IMG/VR virus record: IMGVR_UViG_3300047159_000056
Coordinates: 1-64,000 of that record
Length of the DNA stretch: 64,000 bases
Origin: a virus
Taxonomy: Duplodnaviria > Caudoviricetes
Direction: 5' to 3' (one strand)
Numbering within the stretch: position 1 is the first letter of the stretch; every line of letters begins with the position of its first letter. The notes under the pieces were generated by a model. The model was not told where the DNA came from. It saw only the letters and a program-made list of their open reading frames with translations, and searched no databases. This document shows positions 42,401 to 51,362 of the stretch, piece after piece. The position numbers and the translations under genes are program-made.

Positions 42401-42502
42401 ATGATAGAATTAGTTTTAGCCTACACAGTAGCAGGCGTAGTGTTCTTAATAGTATGGAACACTTTTGTTAATCTATACGACAAAAATATAAAAAATAGAT
42501 AG
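42401..42502 (+). CDS. 33-aa single-TM protein
   Basis: MIELVLAYTVAGVVFLIVWNTF... after the leader hairpin. Confidence 0.55.
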   Translation: MIELVLAYTVAGVVFLIVWNTFVNLYDKNIKNR

Positions 42503-42688
42503 ATGGAAGAAAATAAAATTTATGCCTTATTCGAAAATAAGGTGAGCGAGTTTGAATTTGATCTTAGTAAAGAGGAACAAGATCGAATTCTAAAAGAGTT
42601 AGGGATAGATGAAATCTCCCTAATATTCAATAGATACTTCACACAGGAAGGAGTAGAAAAAGTACTAAAAGTGTGGAGAAATAAATAA
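42503..42688 (+). CDS. hypothetical protein
   Basis: 61 aa. Confidence 0.65.
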   Translation: MEENKIYALFENKVSEFEFDLSKEEQDRILKELGIDEISLIFNRYFTQEGVEKVLKVWRNK

Positions 42689-42808
42689 AAGATTCTAGGA
42701 CAAGAGATAAAAACTTGCCCTATCTTTTTTCCGGCTAAAAAAGTAATAGGAGCCTTATATATGAAAGGAAGACAATAGTGCCTATCCTTAATTAAAAAAT
42801 AAAAGAAA

Positions 42809-43096
42809 ATGAAAAAGAAAGAAATGACCGACGCCGAAAGAAAGGCGCTGGAGATCAGATGCATCTTGAATAATAATTCAAGAAGAATAGAACTCTTCAA
42901 TTCCTTCATCGAAGGACATATTGAAGATAATGAGATCTATGACAAGCTAACAGAGGCAGAATGCGCCATGTTAGATGCGACAAACGAGATAGTAGGTAAG
43001 GCAAAGACTGACGAAGAATTTGCTGATGAAACATTAAAAAAGTTGGAGGAGAGATCTTTGTGGATCAATCCTATGACAAAAAGAGAAGGGAAGTAA
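42809..43096 (+). CDS. hypothetical protein
   Basis: Monocistronic cassette. Confidence 0.75.
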   Translation: MKKKEMTDAERKALEIRCILNNNSRRIELFNSFIEGHIEDNEIYDKLTEAECAMLDATNEIVGKAKTDEEFADETLKKLEERSLWINPMTKREGK

Positions 43097-43195
43097 AAAT
43101 CCCCTTCTTTTTTATTTCCGTCTAGAAAGGTAATGAGTCCCTTATTAATAGAGAGGAGAGCAATAGTGCTATCCTTAATTAAAAATTGAAAAAAA

Positions 43196-43516
43196 ATGAA
43201 AAAAATCGTTAATTTTCAAGTTGACCTTCAACGGTCAAAAGTTGATTCTAGCAGTTTTACTATGTCTGCAAAGAAACAAAAAGCTCCCAATGAGGAGTTT
43301 GTAAAAATTGCAGAGATCAAGGAAAATCCTGATTGTTTGCACGATAGATCATCTTGGCCTTTTACGGCTGAGATTGATGGATTAGGATGCCGATTAATGT
43401 CCGTAAAACCGGCAAAGGACGAAAAGTCTCGGACGTACATTTCTTGGGTTAGAACATATTTGCCCAAGATACTGTGTAAGGTATTTGGGGAATCTATTCA
43501 CATATATAGTGAATAG
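43196..43516 (+). CDS. hypothetical protein
   Basis: Monocistronic cassette. Confidence 0.75.
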   Translation: MKKIVNFQVDLQRSKVDSSSFTMSAKKQKAPNEEFVKIAEIKENPDCLHDRSSWPFTAEIDGLGCRLMSVKPAKDEKSRTYISWVRTYLPKILCKVFGESIHIYSE

Positions 43517-43637
43517 TCCAAAGTAAAGGAAGGTGGGAAGAAAAATCCCGCCATTCTTTTTTTCCGTCTAGCTTATTGTTAAAAACCTTATTAGTAGAGA
43601 GGAAGATAATAGTGTCTATCCTTAATTAAAAATTGAA

Positions 43638-43862
43638 ATGAAAATGGAAGAGATTTCAGAAATCCAGGAAAAACTACCTGGAATCATTGAAAAACTCCCG
43701 GAAGGGAAGTTAAAGGGACAGTTTATAAAGCTCAAAAGGAAAGTTGAGAAGGCCGAAAAGGTTGACAAAAGCGAAGGAGCAACATTCGCAAACTTATTGA
43801 GACTTTTATACATATGTTTTATGTATGAATATCTTAGAATAAGACTAGAAGAGGGAGTTTAA
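43638..43862 (+). CDS. hypothetical protein
   Basis: Monocistronic cassette. Confidence 0.72.
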   Translation: MKMEEISEIQEKLPGIIEKLPEGKLKGQFIKLKRKVEKAEKVDKSEGATFANLLRLLYICFMYEYLRIRLEEGV

Positions 43863-43928
43863 TCTCCTTCTTTTTTTCAACCTCCTGATTCCTTATATAT
43901 GTTAAAATATATATATACAAAAAGAATT

Positions 43929-44048
43929 ATGGATAACAAAGTAGTAATTAAGACGACAATGCAAAGTGAATTAAGTCGCCAAAATGAAATTCTAGAGTCT
44001 ACTGTGAAGGAGGCTGTAGAAATGGTAAAAGCAAAATTTAAATTTTAA
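43929..44048 (+). CDS. 39-aa protein
   Basis: Promoter at 43891, MDNKVVIK..., terminator. Confidence 0.55.
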   Translation: MDNKVVIKTTMQSELSRQNEILESTVKEAVEMVKAKFKF

Positions 44049-44180
44049 TTGTGAAGTGTAAGGAGGTAAGAAATGAAGTCTTGCCTCTTTATTTTTCTTC
44101 CTTCTAGAAATAATATAATATAACCCTTATATATGTAGGGATAGGTAATAGTGCTTTATCCTAATTTAAAAAATAGAAAA

Positions 44181-44401
44181 ATGAAAAAATAAAAACTATT
44201 AGCCTTAAGAAATATAAATATAAGGCTAGAAAAAGAGCTGAAACTCTTAGGAAAAGAAAAAGAATGATGAGATGTGTAAAATCATTGATGGGACTGGGGG
44301 TTAAGGTAGCTATCATGATGATGGGATGCGCCGTTATAGAAAAAATGACGAACGACTTAATAGAGGTGGCAGAAAAATCAAAAACCACTGCTGTTAAATA
44401 A
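44181..44401 (+). pseudogene. small gene frameshifted in the A-run after ATG
   Basis: ATGAAAAAATAA; one extra A gives an open frame to 44401. Confidence 0.6.
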
Positions 44402-44551
44402 ATAAATGATAGGGTAGAATTAAGGACAAAAAATTCTACCCCTTTATTTTCGTCTAGAATCCTTATATCTGGATAAGCAATGAAGCTAATCCTTAAAATT
44501 TAAAAAAATGAAAAAGAAACAGAAGAAGGATTCAGGATTGCAGGTATAATT

Positions 44552-44839
44552 ATGCTAGCAGGAATCCAATTAAAAATTGCCTATGATGTAATTATCGGAT
44601 ATGGCAAAAAAGAGCTCAAAAGAAAAAGGGAGCTAATTGAAGAGATTTGTCGGCTGCAGGAAGCAACCGAGAAAAAATCAAAATTGATAGATGAGATCAT
44701 TTATGAAGATCCTATCCTATCAAGGATGAACTTAAATAACCTTGTAGAAAATGAGGTTATAGATCTGGAAAGACTGGCCAGGTTATTTAGGTCAGTTAAT
44801 AAAAACGACGCTAAAAAAGAAGAGGAGGAAAAGAAATGA
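44552..44839 (+). CDS. hypothetical protein (true start probably 44508, A-run frameshift)
   Basis: Promoter and leader point to the ATG at 44508. Confidence 0.65.
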   Translation: MLAGIQLKIAYDVIIGYGKKELKRKRELIEEICRLQEATEKKSKLIDEIIYEDPILSRMNLNNLVENEVIDLERLARLFRSVNKNDAKKEEEEKK

Positions 44840-45222
44840 AAAAAATTTTTATCAACTTAGCGGAAACAACTATTGATCTCATTAGTGGTGCAACCATTTA
44901 TGAGTCGATAAGACAGCTGAAAAGAGATTTTGATGTCACAAAAGACAGAAGAGATCTCCTAGTAGAAAGAACTGTGGAGATGTACAAGGACAAAGAAGTC
45001 CTAGACACTTCTTTAGATATATTTGATGCTTCTAGAGGACACGAAGAAGCTTACAAGGTAGTGTTTGGTGATGATGGAAACATTGAATCAGTCAAAAAAT
45101 TGTGTAAAGATCTAACTCTGGATAATATAAAACATCCAGAGAATATAGGAAGATATAAATATGAAAAGGCTAACCAAGTCTATATGATTGCCGCAATGGC
45201 AAAGGCCCGGTTAAGTAAGTAG
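44836..45222 (+). CDS. hypothetical protein
   Basis: 128 aa, ATGA-coupled. Confidence 0.72.
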   Translation: MKKIFINLAETTIDLISGATIYESIRQLKRDFDVTKDRRDLLVERTVEMYKDKEVLDTSLDIFDASRGHEEAYKVVFGDDGNIESVKKLCKDLTLDNIKHPENIGRYKYEKANQVYMIAAMAKARLSK

Positions 45223-45343
45223 TATTTGTAAAGAAAGGTAGAGAATATTAAAAAGTCTCTACCTCTTTTTCCGTTTCAAAAATATATAGGACCCTTATAT
45301 ATGAGAGACAATAATGCTTCTCAGAATTTAAAATAAAAGAAAA

Positions 45344-45778
45344 ATGGAAAAGAAAAAAATTTATGGGGACATGTTTATTATCCCCAACGAAGCAATTAAG
45401 TATTCAGAATTTTTACCCTTCGCTAAAGAAAGTGCGAGGGAGAAGTTGAATTATCTGGGAATAAACCCGGATGAAAATGAAAAGATGATTCAAGTATGGT
45501 TTACAGGATCCGGTGAGGATAACTGGAATGACCATGCCGGTGCTCTATGTCGGTTGGCTGGAATTGAAGAACCAAACATGGACGACAAAGACAGATACCT
45601 TAAGGAATATATCACGAGGTATCTTCCCGAAAGCATGCTAAAAAATGTGCATGAAGGAGAAACAATAACTATAGACTGTAATAATTTTAACTGCACGCTG
45701 GTATTAACTGCAAAGCAGCTTGATTACAGGTATAGGGGTTTTGGTAGATTTGAGGACGCATTGAAACACGTTCTCTAA
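45344..45778 (+). CDS. hypothetical protein
   Basis: Monocistronic cassette. Confidence 0.75.
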   Translation: MEKKKIYGDMFIIPNEAIKYSEFLPFAKESAREKLNYLGINPDENEKMIQVWFTGSGEDNWNDHAGALCRLAGIEEPNMDDKDRYLKEYITRYLPESMLKNVHEGETITIDCNNFNCTLVLTAKQLDYRYRGFGRFEDALKHVL

Positions 45779-45879
45779 ATACAAAGGAGAAAGAAAGAAC
45801 TAGACAAAATCTGGTTCTCTTTCTTTTTTTTTCGATACCTATTAAATTTCGCCTAGGCTTACCATACGTATATTTTTTC

Positions 45880-46322
45880 CTTCACTTCGACCACAAAGGG
45901 TCTCGTTCAGGGTATGAATTGACTATAGATATAATATATAGGAAAAATTAATTTAAACTAATTGGAAAAATAAAGGAAATAAAGAAAGAAATAAAGGAAA
46001 AATTTAAAGGAAATTATATTTTAATTAGATTTTTAATTAATAAAAAAAATACCTAAAAAGTTGATGGAGTAATAAATTACATAGAGCCATACCGAAATAT
46101 TTTGGTAGAATTAGGCTTTTTTACTCTTCATAAAGGTAGTATATATCTTAATAATAGAATATTCATGGGGGTCAAAATATATGTTCTCTTTGTACACTGA
46201 GAATAATAAACTCTTTTTCTTTTTTCAGTCTTATAACTTATTTTTCGCGCATAGGTTGTCAGTCTGTGTAATTATCTTCACTTCGACCCTTAAGGGGTCT
46301 CGTTCAGGGAAAATTGACTATA
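45880..46322. repeat. two imperfect ~47-bp direct repeats (45880-45927, 46276-46322)
   Basis: CTTCACTTCGACC-N5/6-GGGTCTCGTTCAGGG...AATTGACTATA. Confidence 0.85.
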
Positions 46323-46593
46323 ACCCTAGAATATTTAATAAACAATTCTTTTTATTATTTAGGCTAATAATATATATTTTTATATTGATATTAAAAATAA
46401 AAGATTTAGCCTAGTTTAAAAAGAAAATAACTTATTAATTAGTATAACTTTTTTAATTTATTATTATAGTATCGATTTAAAATTTTTTAATTGGATAAGT
46501 TATTGCTCTTCTTATAGTATTAAATACCTTATAAATGAACCTGTAAACCTAGGCGATGAAAATAATGTTATTAATAAATTAAATATATAAATT

Positions 46594-48642
46594 ATGATTA
46601 AAAAAATTATTAATGTTCCTCCCGATATTAGATATATCAGTGATTGGACAGACTTTTCTCAGAATATTGATGAAAAGGATAAAAAATGTATTATTGATAA
46701 GAAGATTCCTGGATGTGGATTTACTGAATGGGTATTAACTAATAATCAAGATGTTATCTTATGTAGTCCAAGAAGAATTCTTTTACAGAATAAAACTGAT
46801 CAACATTTGGGAGAGGTATTTCTTGTGATAAATCTATTTGAAGAAGTAGTAGATTATGGGAAAGATTTAAATAGACCAGCTAAAGGGTCTAGTAAAATTA
46901 AGGTTCCATCTGAAAATGATAATAAAAAGAAAAGTGAATATTTTAAATTATTATCTAAACAAATTTTAAATTACATAGATTTAAGACATGCTGGTGGATT
47001 TCCTGCTAAGATCTTGGTTACATATGATAGTTTTCACCTAGTTAAAGATATACTAACCTTTCAGAATTTTGAATTATTACCAAAATTTCAGGTGGTTGTT
47101 GATGAGTTCCAAAGTCTGCTAGTTGATTCTAAATTCAAAGCTACTACTGAATTAAAATTTATTAGTGATCTTCAACATATAAATAGGGTGTATTATATTA
47201 GTGCTACTCCTATGATGGAAAACTACCTAGACCAAATAGATGAATTTAAAGACCTACCTTATTATGAATTAGATTGGAATGCTCTTCAACCAGGTAGAGT
47301 TGTTAAGCCAAATCTAAAGGTAAGATATGCTAGCTCTATAATAACATCGGCTAAAAAGATAATAAGCGATTATAAAACTGGGAATTTTGAAAAAACCTAT
47401 TTATATAACGAAACTGGTAGTCCTGTTGCTATAGAAAGTAAGGAGGCTGTAATCTATGTAAACTCTGTTAATAATATTTGTAATATAATAAAAAAGTGCG
47501 AACTATTACCAGAGGAGTGTAATATTCTTTGTGCTAAGACTCCTTATAATGATAAAAAAATTTCTAATAAATTGGGAAAAGTATTTAAAATAGGAAAGGT
47601 ACCATTAAAGGGAGAGCCACATAAGATGTTTACATTTTGTACTAGAACTGTCTACTTAGGGGCCGACTTTTATAGTACAAATGCTAGAAGTTTTATCTTA
47701 AGTGATGCTAGTATAGAAACATTAGCAGTAGATATTTCTCTAGACTTACCTCAGATTCTTGGTAGGCAGAGGTTATCAGAAAATCCTTGGAAAAATTCAG
47801 CTACTTTCTATTATAAACCCTTAGCCGCTAATAAGAAAATAACTCAGGATGAATTTAATAATATAATTCAAAAAAAGTATAAAGATACCTTAAATTTAAT
47901 TTCTGGTTATGATTCTGCAAAGTCAGATGAAGTAAGATCAACCCTAATGGATAAGTACAAATTAATTATAGAAACATTTAATTACAAGGATGATTATCTA
48001 GGTTTAAAAGTATTAATTGATAAAATAACTGCTGAAAAACTTTATAGTCCTGTAGTCAATAATCTAGTTATGCTGGCTGAACAGAGAGCTTTTGATATGC
48101 AGCAGATTGATTATGCTGATAGATTTACAGTATTCAATGCTATAAATAGAAATAATATAAATACTGACGATGAAATGAAACAAATTAGTGAGTTTTTTAC
48201 AACTTATAATAGTTTGCCTAGTTTCTTTGAAAAATTAAAATTTTTATGTGAATCTAATTTATCTGGAGTAGTATTGGAACAGGTATTATTACAAATAAAA
48301 GAGCCACATTTTAAAGAATATTATGAAGTTCTTGGACCAAAAAGAATGAGAGAACTAGGATACAATATAACTTTATTTAAGAAGGAATTGAATATAGTTA
48401 CCTTTGATAAAAATAAACTCTATATAGAAATCTATCTTAATTTTAAGGTTGGAGAAAAATATACGAAACCTGAGATAAGAGAGAAATTATCTGAGATTTA
48501 TAATAAGGTAGGATATAATGCTTATCCGAAAGCAACAGACTTAGAAAATTATTTTAATATTAAAAGTATATCTATATATATTAAAGAAAATAATGATCTA
48601 AAAAAATACAATGGGTTTGAAATTTTAAGTGTAAAAAAATAA
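46594..48642 (+). CDS. SF2 helicase-like protein with atypical Walker A
   Basis: PGCGFT (I), VVDEFQ (II), ISATP (III), TRTVYLGADF (V), QILGRQR (VI). Confidence 0.75.
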   Translation: MIKKIINVPPDIRYISDWTDFSQNIDEKDKKCIIDKKIPGCGFTEWVLTNNQDVILCSPRRILLQNKTDQHLGEVFLVINLFEEVVDYGKDLNRPAKGSSKIKVPSENDNKKKSEYFKLLSKQILNYIDLRHAGGFPAKILVTYDSFHLVKDILTFQNFELLPKFQVVVDEFQSLLVDSKFKATTELKFISDLQHINRVYYISATPMMENYLDQIDEFKDLPYYELDWNALQPGRVVKPNLKVRYASSIITSAKKIISDYKTGNFEKTYLYNETGSPVAIESKEAVIYVNSVNNICNIIKKCELLPEECNILCAKTPYNDKKISNKLGKVFKIGKVPLKGEPHKMFTFCTRTVYLGADFYSTNARSFILSDASIETLAVDISLDLPQILGRQRLSENPWKNSATFYYKPLAANKKITQDEFNNIIQKKYKDTLNLISGYDSAKSDEVRSTLMDKYKLIIETFNYKDDYLGLKVLIDKITAEKLYSPVVNNLVMLAEQRAFDMQQIDYADRFTVFNAINRNNINTDDEMKQISEFFTTYNSLPSFFEKLKFLCESNLSGVVLEQVLLQIKEPHFKEYYEVLGPKRMRELGYNITLFKKELNIVTFDKNKLYIEIYLNFKVGEKYTKPEIREKLSEIYNKVGYNAYPKATDLENYFNIKSISIYIKENNDLKKYNGFEILSVKK

Positions 48643-48683
48643 TAAAAAATGATGTTTGTAGTTTAATTTAGGGAACTCAGATT

Positions 48684-49520
48684 CCTTATATATGGAAAAT
48701 TAGAAGTTCCTAAATATTATTTGTTGGTAGAGGAGAAGTCGTGAGATTAGTTCCTCTACTTTTTTAATCATCTTAAATCCTTACTAGTGGAATAGGATTT
48801 ACCATTTCAATCAATTTTAATGAGTAAATAAGGGATAGTTGTGAAACTAGTTCCCCTATTTTTTCGCCCTCTCAAAAACACCTATAATCCTTATATGTGA
48901 AATAAAGAACCATCTTTAATTTTTTGCCCGAAAGGGGCGATTATTTATATTATAGGGGATAGTTGTGAAACTAGTTCCCCTATTTTTTTTTCACCCTCTC
49001 AAAAGCACCTATAATCCTTATATGTGAGTAATATGAATATCGTATCACAATTTTATACAGAGTACAGGGGAAAGCGGATCGTGATGATTAGCTTTCCTAT
49101 TTTTTTTCAACCCTCCTAATTCCTTATAAGTGAAATTAAGAAGAGATTCAATTCATGTTTTTTAATTTGTCCCGAAAAGGGAGTTATTATTTTTTAGGGA
49201 GAACAGATCGAGATGATTAGTTCTCCTATTTTTTTTAACCTTCCTAAAACACCTTAAATCCTTATATGTGAAAGTAAAAGAGATTTCATATTGTTTGCCC
49301 ATTAACGGGTGAATTTTAATTAATAATATTAATAATCTCAGTAGGAGATAGTCGTGATGATTAGTTCTCCTATTTTTTTTTTCGTCCCCCTTAGAAATAC
49401 TTTAAATCCTTATATGTGACAGAGATGTCATTCTCCATAATAAATAACTTCCAAGAGAGGAAGTGGAAAATTAAATGTTTTTTAGGGGATAGTTGTGAAA
49501 CTAGTTCCCCTATTTTTTTT
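48684..49520 (+). ncRNA. tandem array of 7 promoter-driven small RNAs with a conserved 3' hairpin
   Basis: Units 48684-48765, 48779-48864, 48889-48991, 49016-49107, 49122-49236, 49260-49382, 49408-49520. Confidence 0.82.
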
Positions 49521-49563
49521 CGTCCTTAGATCCTTACTAGTGTGAGAATAAAAATAAAAGTTT

Positions 49564-49743
49564 ATGAAGAGAGTAGAAATAGTGCTTGAGTCATTTTTAG
49601 CAATTGACATAGTTTTAATAGTTCTTAGATTATTTAGTGTAATTAGTTATCCTCCAGTCTGGGTACTCCTATTACCTATCTTAGTACCACTAGTAATTAT
49701 GGGTTTAATGATGTTTTATATATTTATTAGATTAGTAAAATGA
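49564..49743 (+). CDS. 59-aa membrane protein, similar to 63220-63426
   Basis: IVLRLFSVISYPPVWVLLLPI vs LVLRLTGVIGWSYWWIFSPI; promoter at 49532. Confidence 0.65.
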   Translation: MKRVEIVLESFLAIDIVLIVLRLFSVISYPPVWVLLLPILVPLVIMGLMMFYIFIRLVK

Positions 49744-50924
49744 GTAAGGTAGAAGAATTTTTATTAGGTAAGGATAGTTTAGATTTAGCTCAGCAGAAAG
49801 AGTTAAAAGGTTTCCTGCAGAATGAGTCTAATTATCCTAGGAAATTAGTCTTAGATTTTATTATAAAGTCTGCTATGGCTAGTGTATCTGTAGTACCTGG
49901 GGAAGGTTCTAGTGAATTAATTGTCTTAGATAAGGAGATAACTGAGCTAAATGGTCTTGGTGACTTAGCTAATATGGTTATTTCTGGTTTTCCTGATAAG
50001 GTTGAACTAGATAATTTTCTTATTAAGTTTAGGAATATTACTAGTCATCTGGATAAGATTAGGAGAGGATTTAGTGGAAGGGATGCTACTAAGAGGGTTT
50101 GCACTGTTGATATTGGTGGTAAACGGATTATAACAGAGCAGGTTCTTCTTATGAATTCTAGCATGTTTGGCACTAAGAATCTTCTCTTAATTATAGATAT
50201 GCAACTAGATTTTATTAGTGGTAGTCTAGCTGTTCCTGGTGGTAGAGATGCTGAGTCTAATCTAACAAAGTGGATAGACATTAATAGGAATAGGATTGAC
50301 AGTATCTTATTATCTAGGGATGATCATTACCCTTCTCATATAGGGATGACTTGTTCTTGGTTAGGGAAAGATGGAAATATAGTAGAGCCATTTATTACAA
50401 TTAGTTCTAGTCAGGTAAAGGATGGTACTTATACACCAAGATTTATGAGTAAGGAGGGTGCTATATCTTACTTAGAGGAAATAGAGAAGAGGGGATATAC
50501 ACATACTACTTGGCCTTTACATTGCATCAGGGGATCTAGGGGTCAGCAATTTAGTGAGGACTTATTACGATCTCTTAGGTGGTGGTCAATGTCTCATAAA
50601 GGGGAGCATTACTTAATTCTTGACAAGGGAGAGAAGGATGATTCTGAGATGTACAGTATTTTCTCTTACTTAAATGGTTATGATCCTTCTTATACAAAAA
50701 ATTGTTTAGATAATATAAGTTCTGGCAATTTTGATAAGATATTTATTGCCGGCTTAGCTAAGGATTATTGTGTAGCTAATAGTGTAAAGGATCTCTTAAG
50801 TGATTCTAGATTTGACGGAAAGCTTGTATTCTTAGATTCCTGTATGGCGTCTATTAATACAGAGTCCCCTAGTCTTAGCATTTATCTTGATGCTATAAAG
50901 AATCATTCAGATCAGATGGCATAG
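49740..50924 (+). CDS. pncA: nicotinamidase (isochorismatase family) with ~140-aa N-terminal extension
   Basis: IIDMQLDF, GSLAVPG, DDHYPSH, WPLHC, DKG, AGLAKDYCV. Confidence 0.85.
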   Translation: MSKVEEFLLGKDSLDLAQQKELKGFLQNESNYPRKLVLDFIIKSAMASVSVVPGEGSSELIVLDKEITELNGLGDLANMVISGFPDKVELDNFLIKFRNITSHLDKIRRGFSGRDATKRVCTVDIGGKRIITEQVLLMNSSMFGTKNLLLIIDMQLDFISGSLAVPGGRDAESNLTKWIDINRNRIDSILLSRDDHYPSHIGMTCSWLGKDGNIVEPFITISSSQVKDGTYTPRFMSKEGAISYLEEIEKRGYTHTTWPLHCIRGSRGQQFSEDLLRSLRWWSMSHKGEHYLILDKGEKDDSEMYSIFSYLNGYDPSYTKNCLDNISSGNFDKIFIAGLAKDYCVANSVKDLLSDSRFDGKLVFLDSCMASINTESPSLSIYLDAIKNHSDQMA

Positions 50925-50981
50925 AATCCTTACTAGTGGAAGCTAATAGTGGTTTCCATAATATCCAAAAAATTAGTAAAG

Positions 50982-51134
50982 ATGCATATTTTTGGAAAAG
51001 CTTTGAACAAGGCATTAAATGTGTCTTGGTGTGCTGTAGTTATATTTGCAGGAGCTACAGTTGTTGAATGGGGTATAAATGGGTTGATCGAAAACATTTG
51101 CTCCAAAGAAAAAAGAAGTAGAAGAAGTTCCTGA
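50982..51134 (+). CDS. small membrane protein (C-terminus probably frameshifted)
   Basis: Promoter at 50928 and AATAGT-loop leader at 50938-50957. Confidence 0.55.
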   Translation: MHIFGKALNKALNVSWCAVVIFAGATVVEWGINGLIENICSKEKRSRRSS

Positions 51135-51225
51135 AGAGAAGAAGGACGAGGAGTTCGAGGAGCTTTAGAAAAACTTTGAGAGAAAGGTAATTAGTTTTGC
51201 CTTTCTTTTTTTGCTCCCCTTGATC

Positions 51226-51304
51226 CCTTATATATGTTAAATATGTTAATGTTTTTTTTTGAAAACGGGAGGAGAGCAGGTCGTGAGATTAGCTCTTCTT
51301 TTTT
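51226..51304 (+). ncRNA. orphan copy of the array-type small RNA
   Basis: CCTTATATATG, U-rich segment, GGAGAGCAGGTC-GTGA-GATTAGCTCTTC-T6. Confidence 0.7.
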
Positions 51305-51362
51305 GCTCCTTGTTTCTCTCTTAATCCTTATAATTGAATAAAAAAAACAAAAAAATTTAATT

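Larger units (their letters stand above)
42139..45340 (+). promoter_or_regulatory. series of promoter + conserved 5'-leader hairpin (AATAGT loop) cassettes
   Basis: Copies at ~42139, 42352, 42753, 43140, 43586, 44125, 44461 (variant), 45293 (variant). Confidence 0.8.

Noticed and set aside
46181-46414. 77-aa ORF in the putative origin region
   Set aside because: Low-complexity F/I/L sequence running through a DNA repeat; probably spurious
48684-49520. CRISPR array
   Set aside because: Repeats are divergent terminator-like hairpins with T-tracts, unit length varies, each unit has its own promoter, and no cas genes are present
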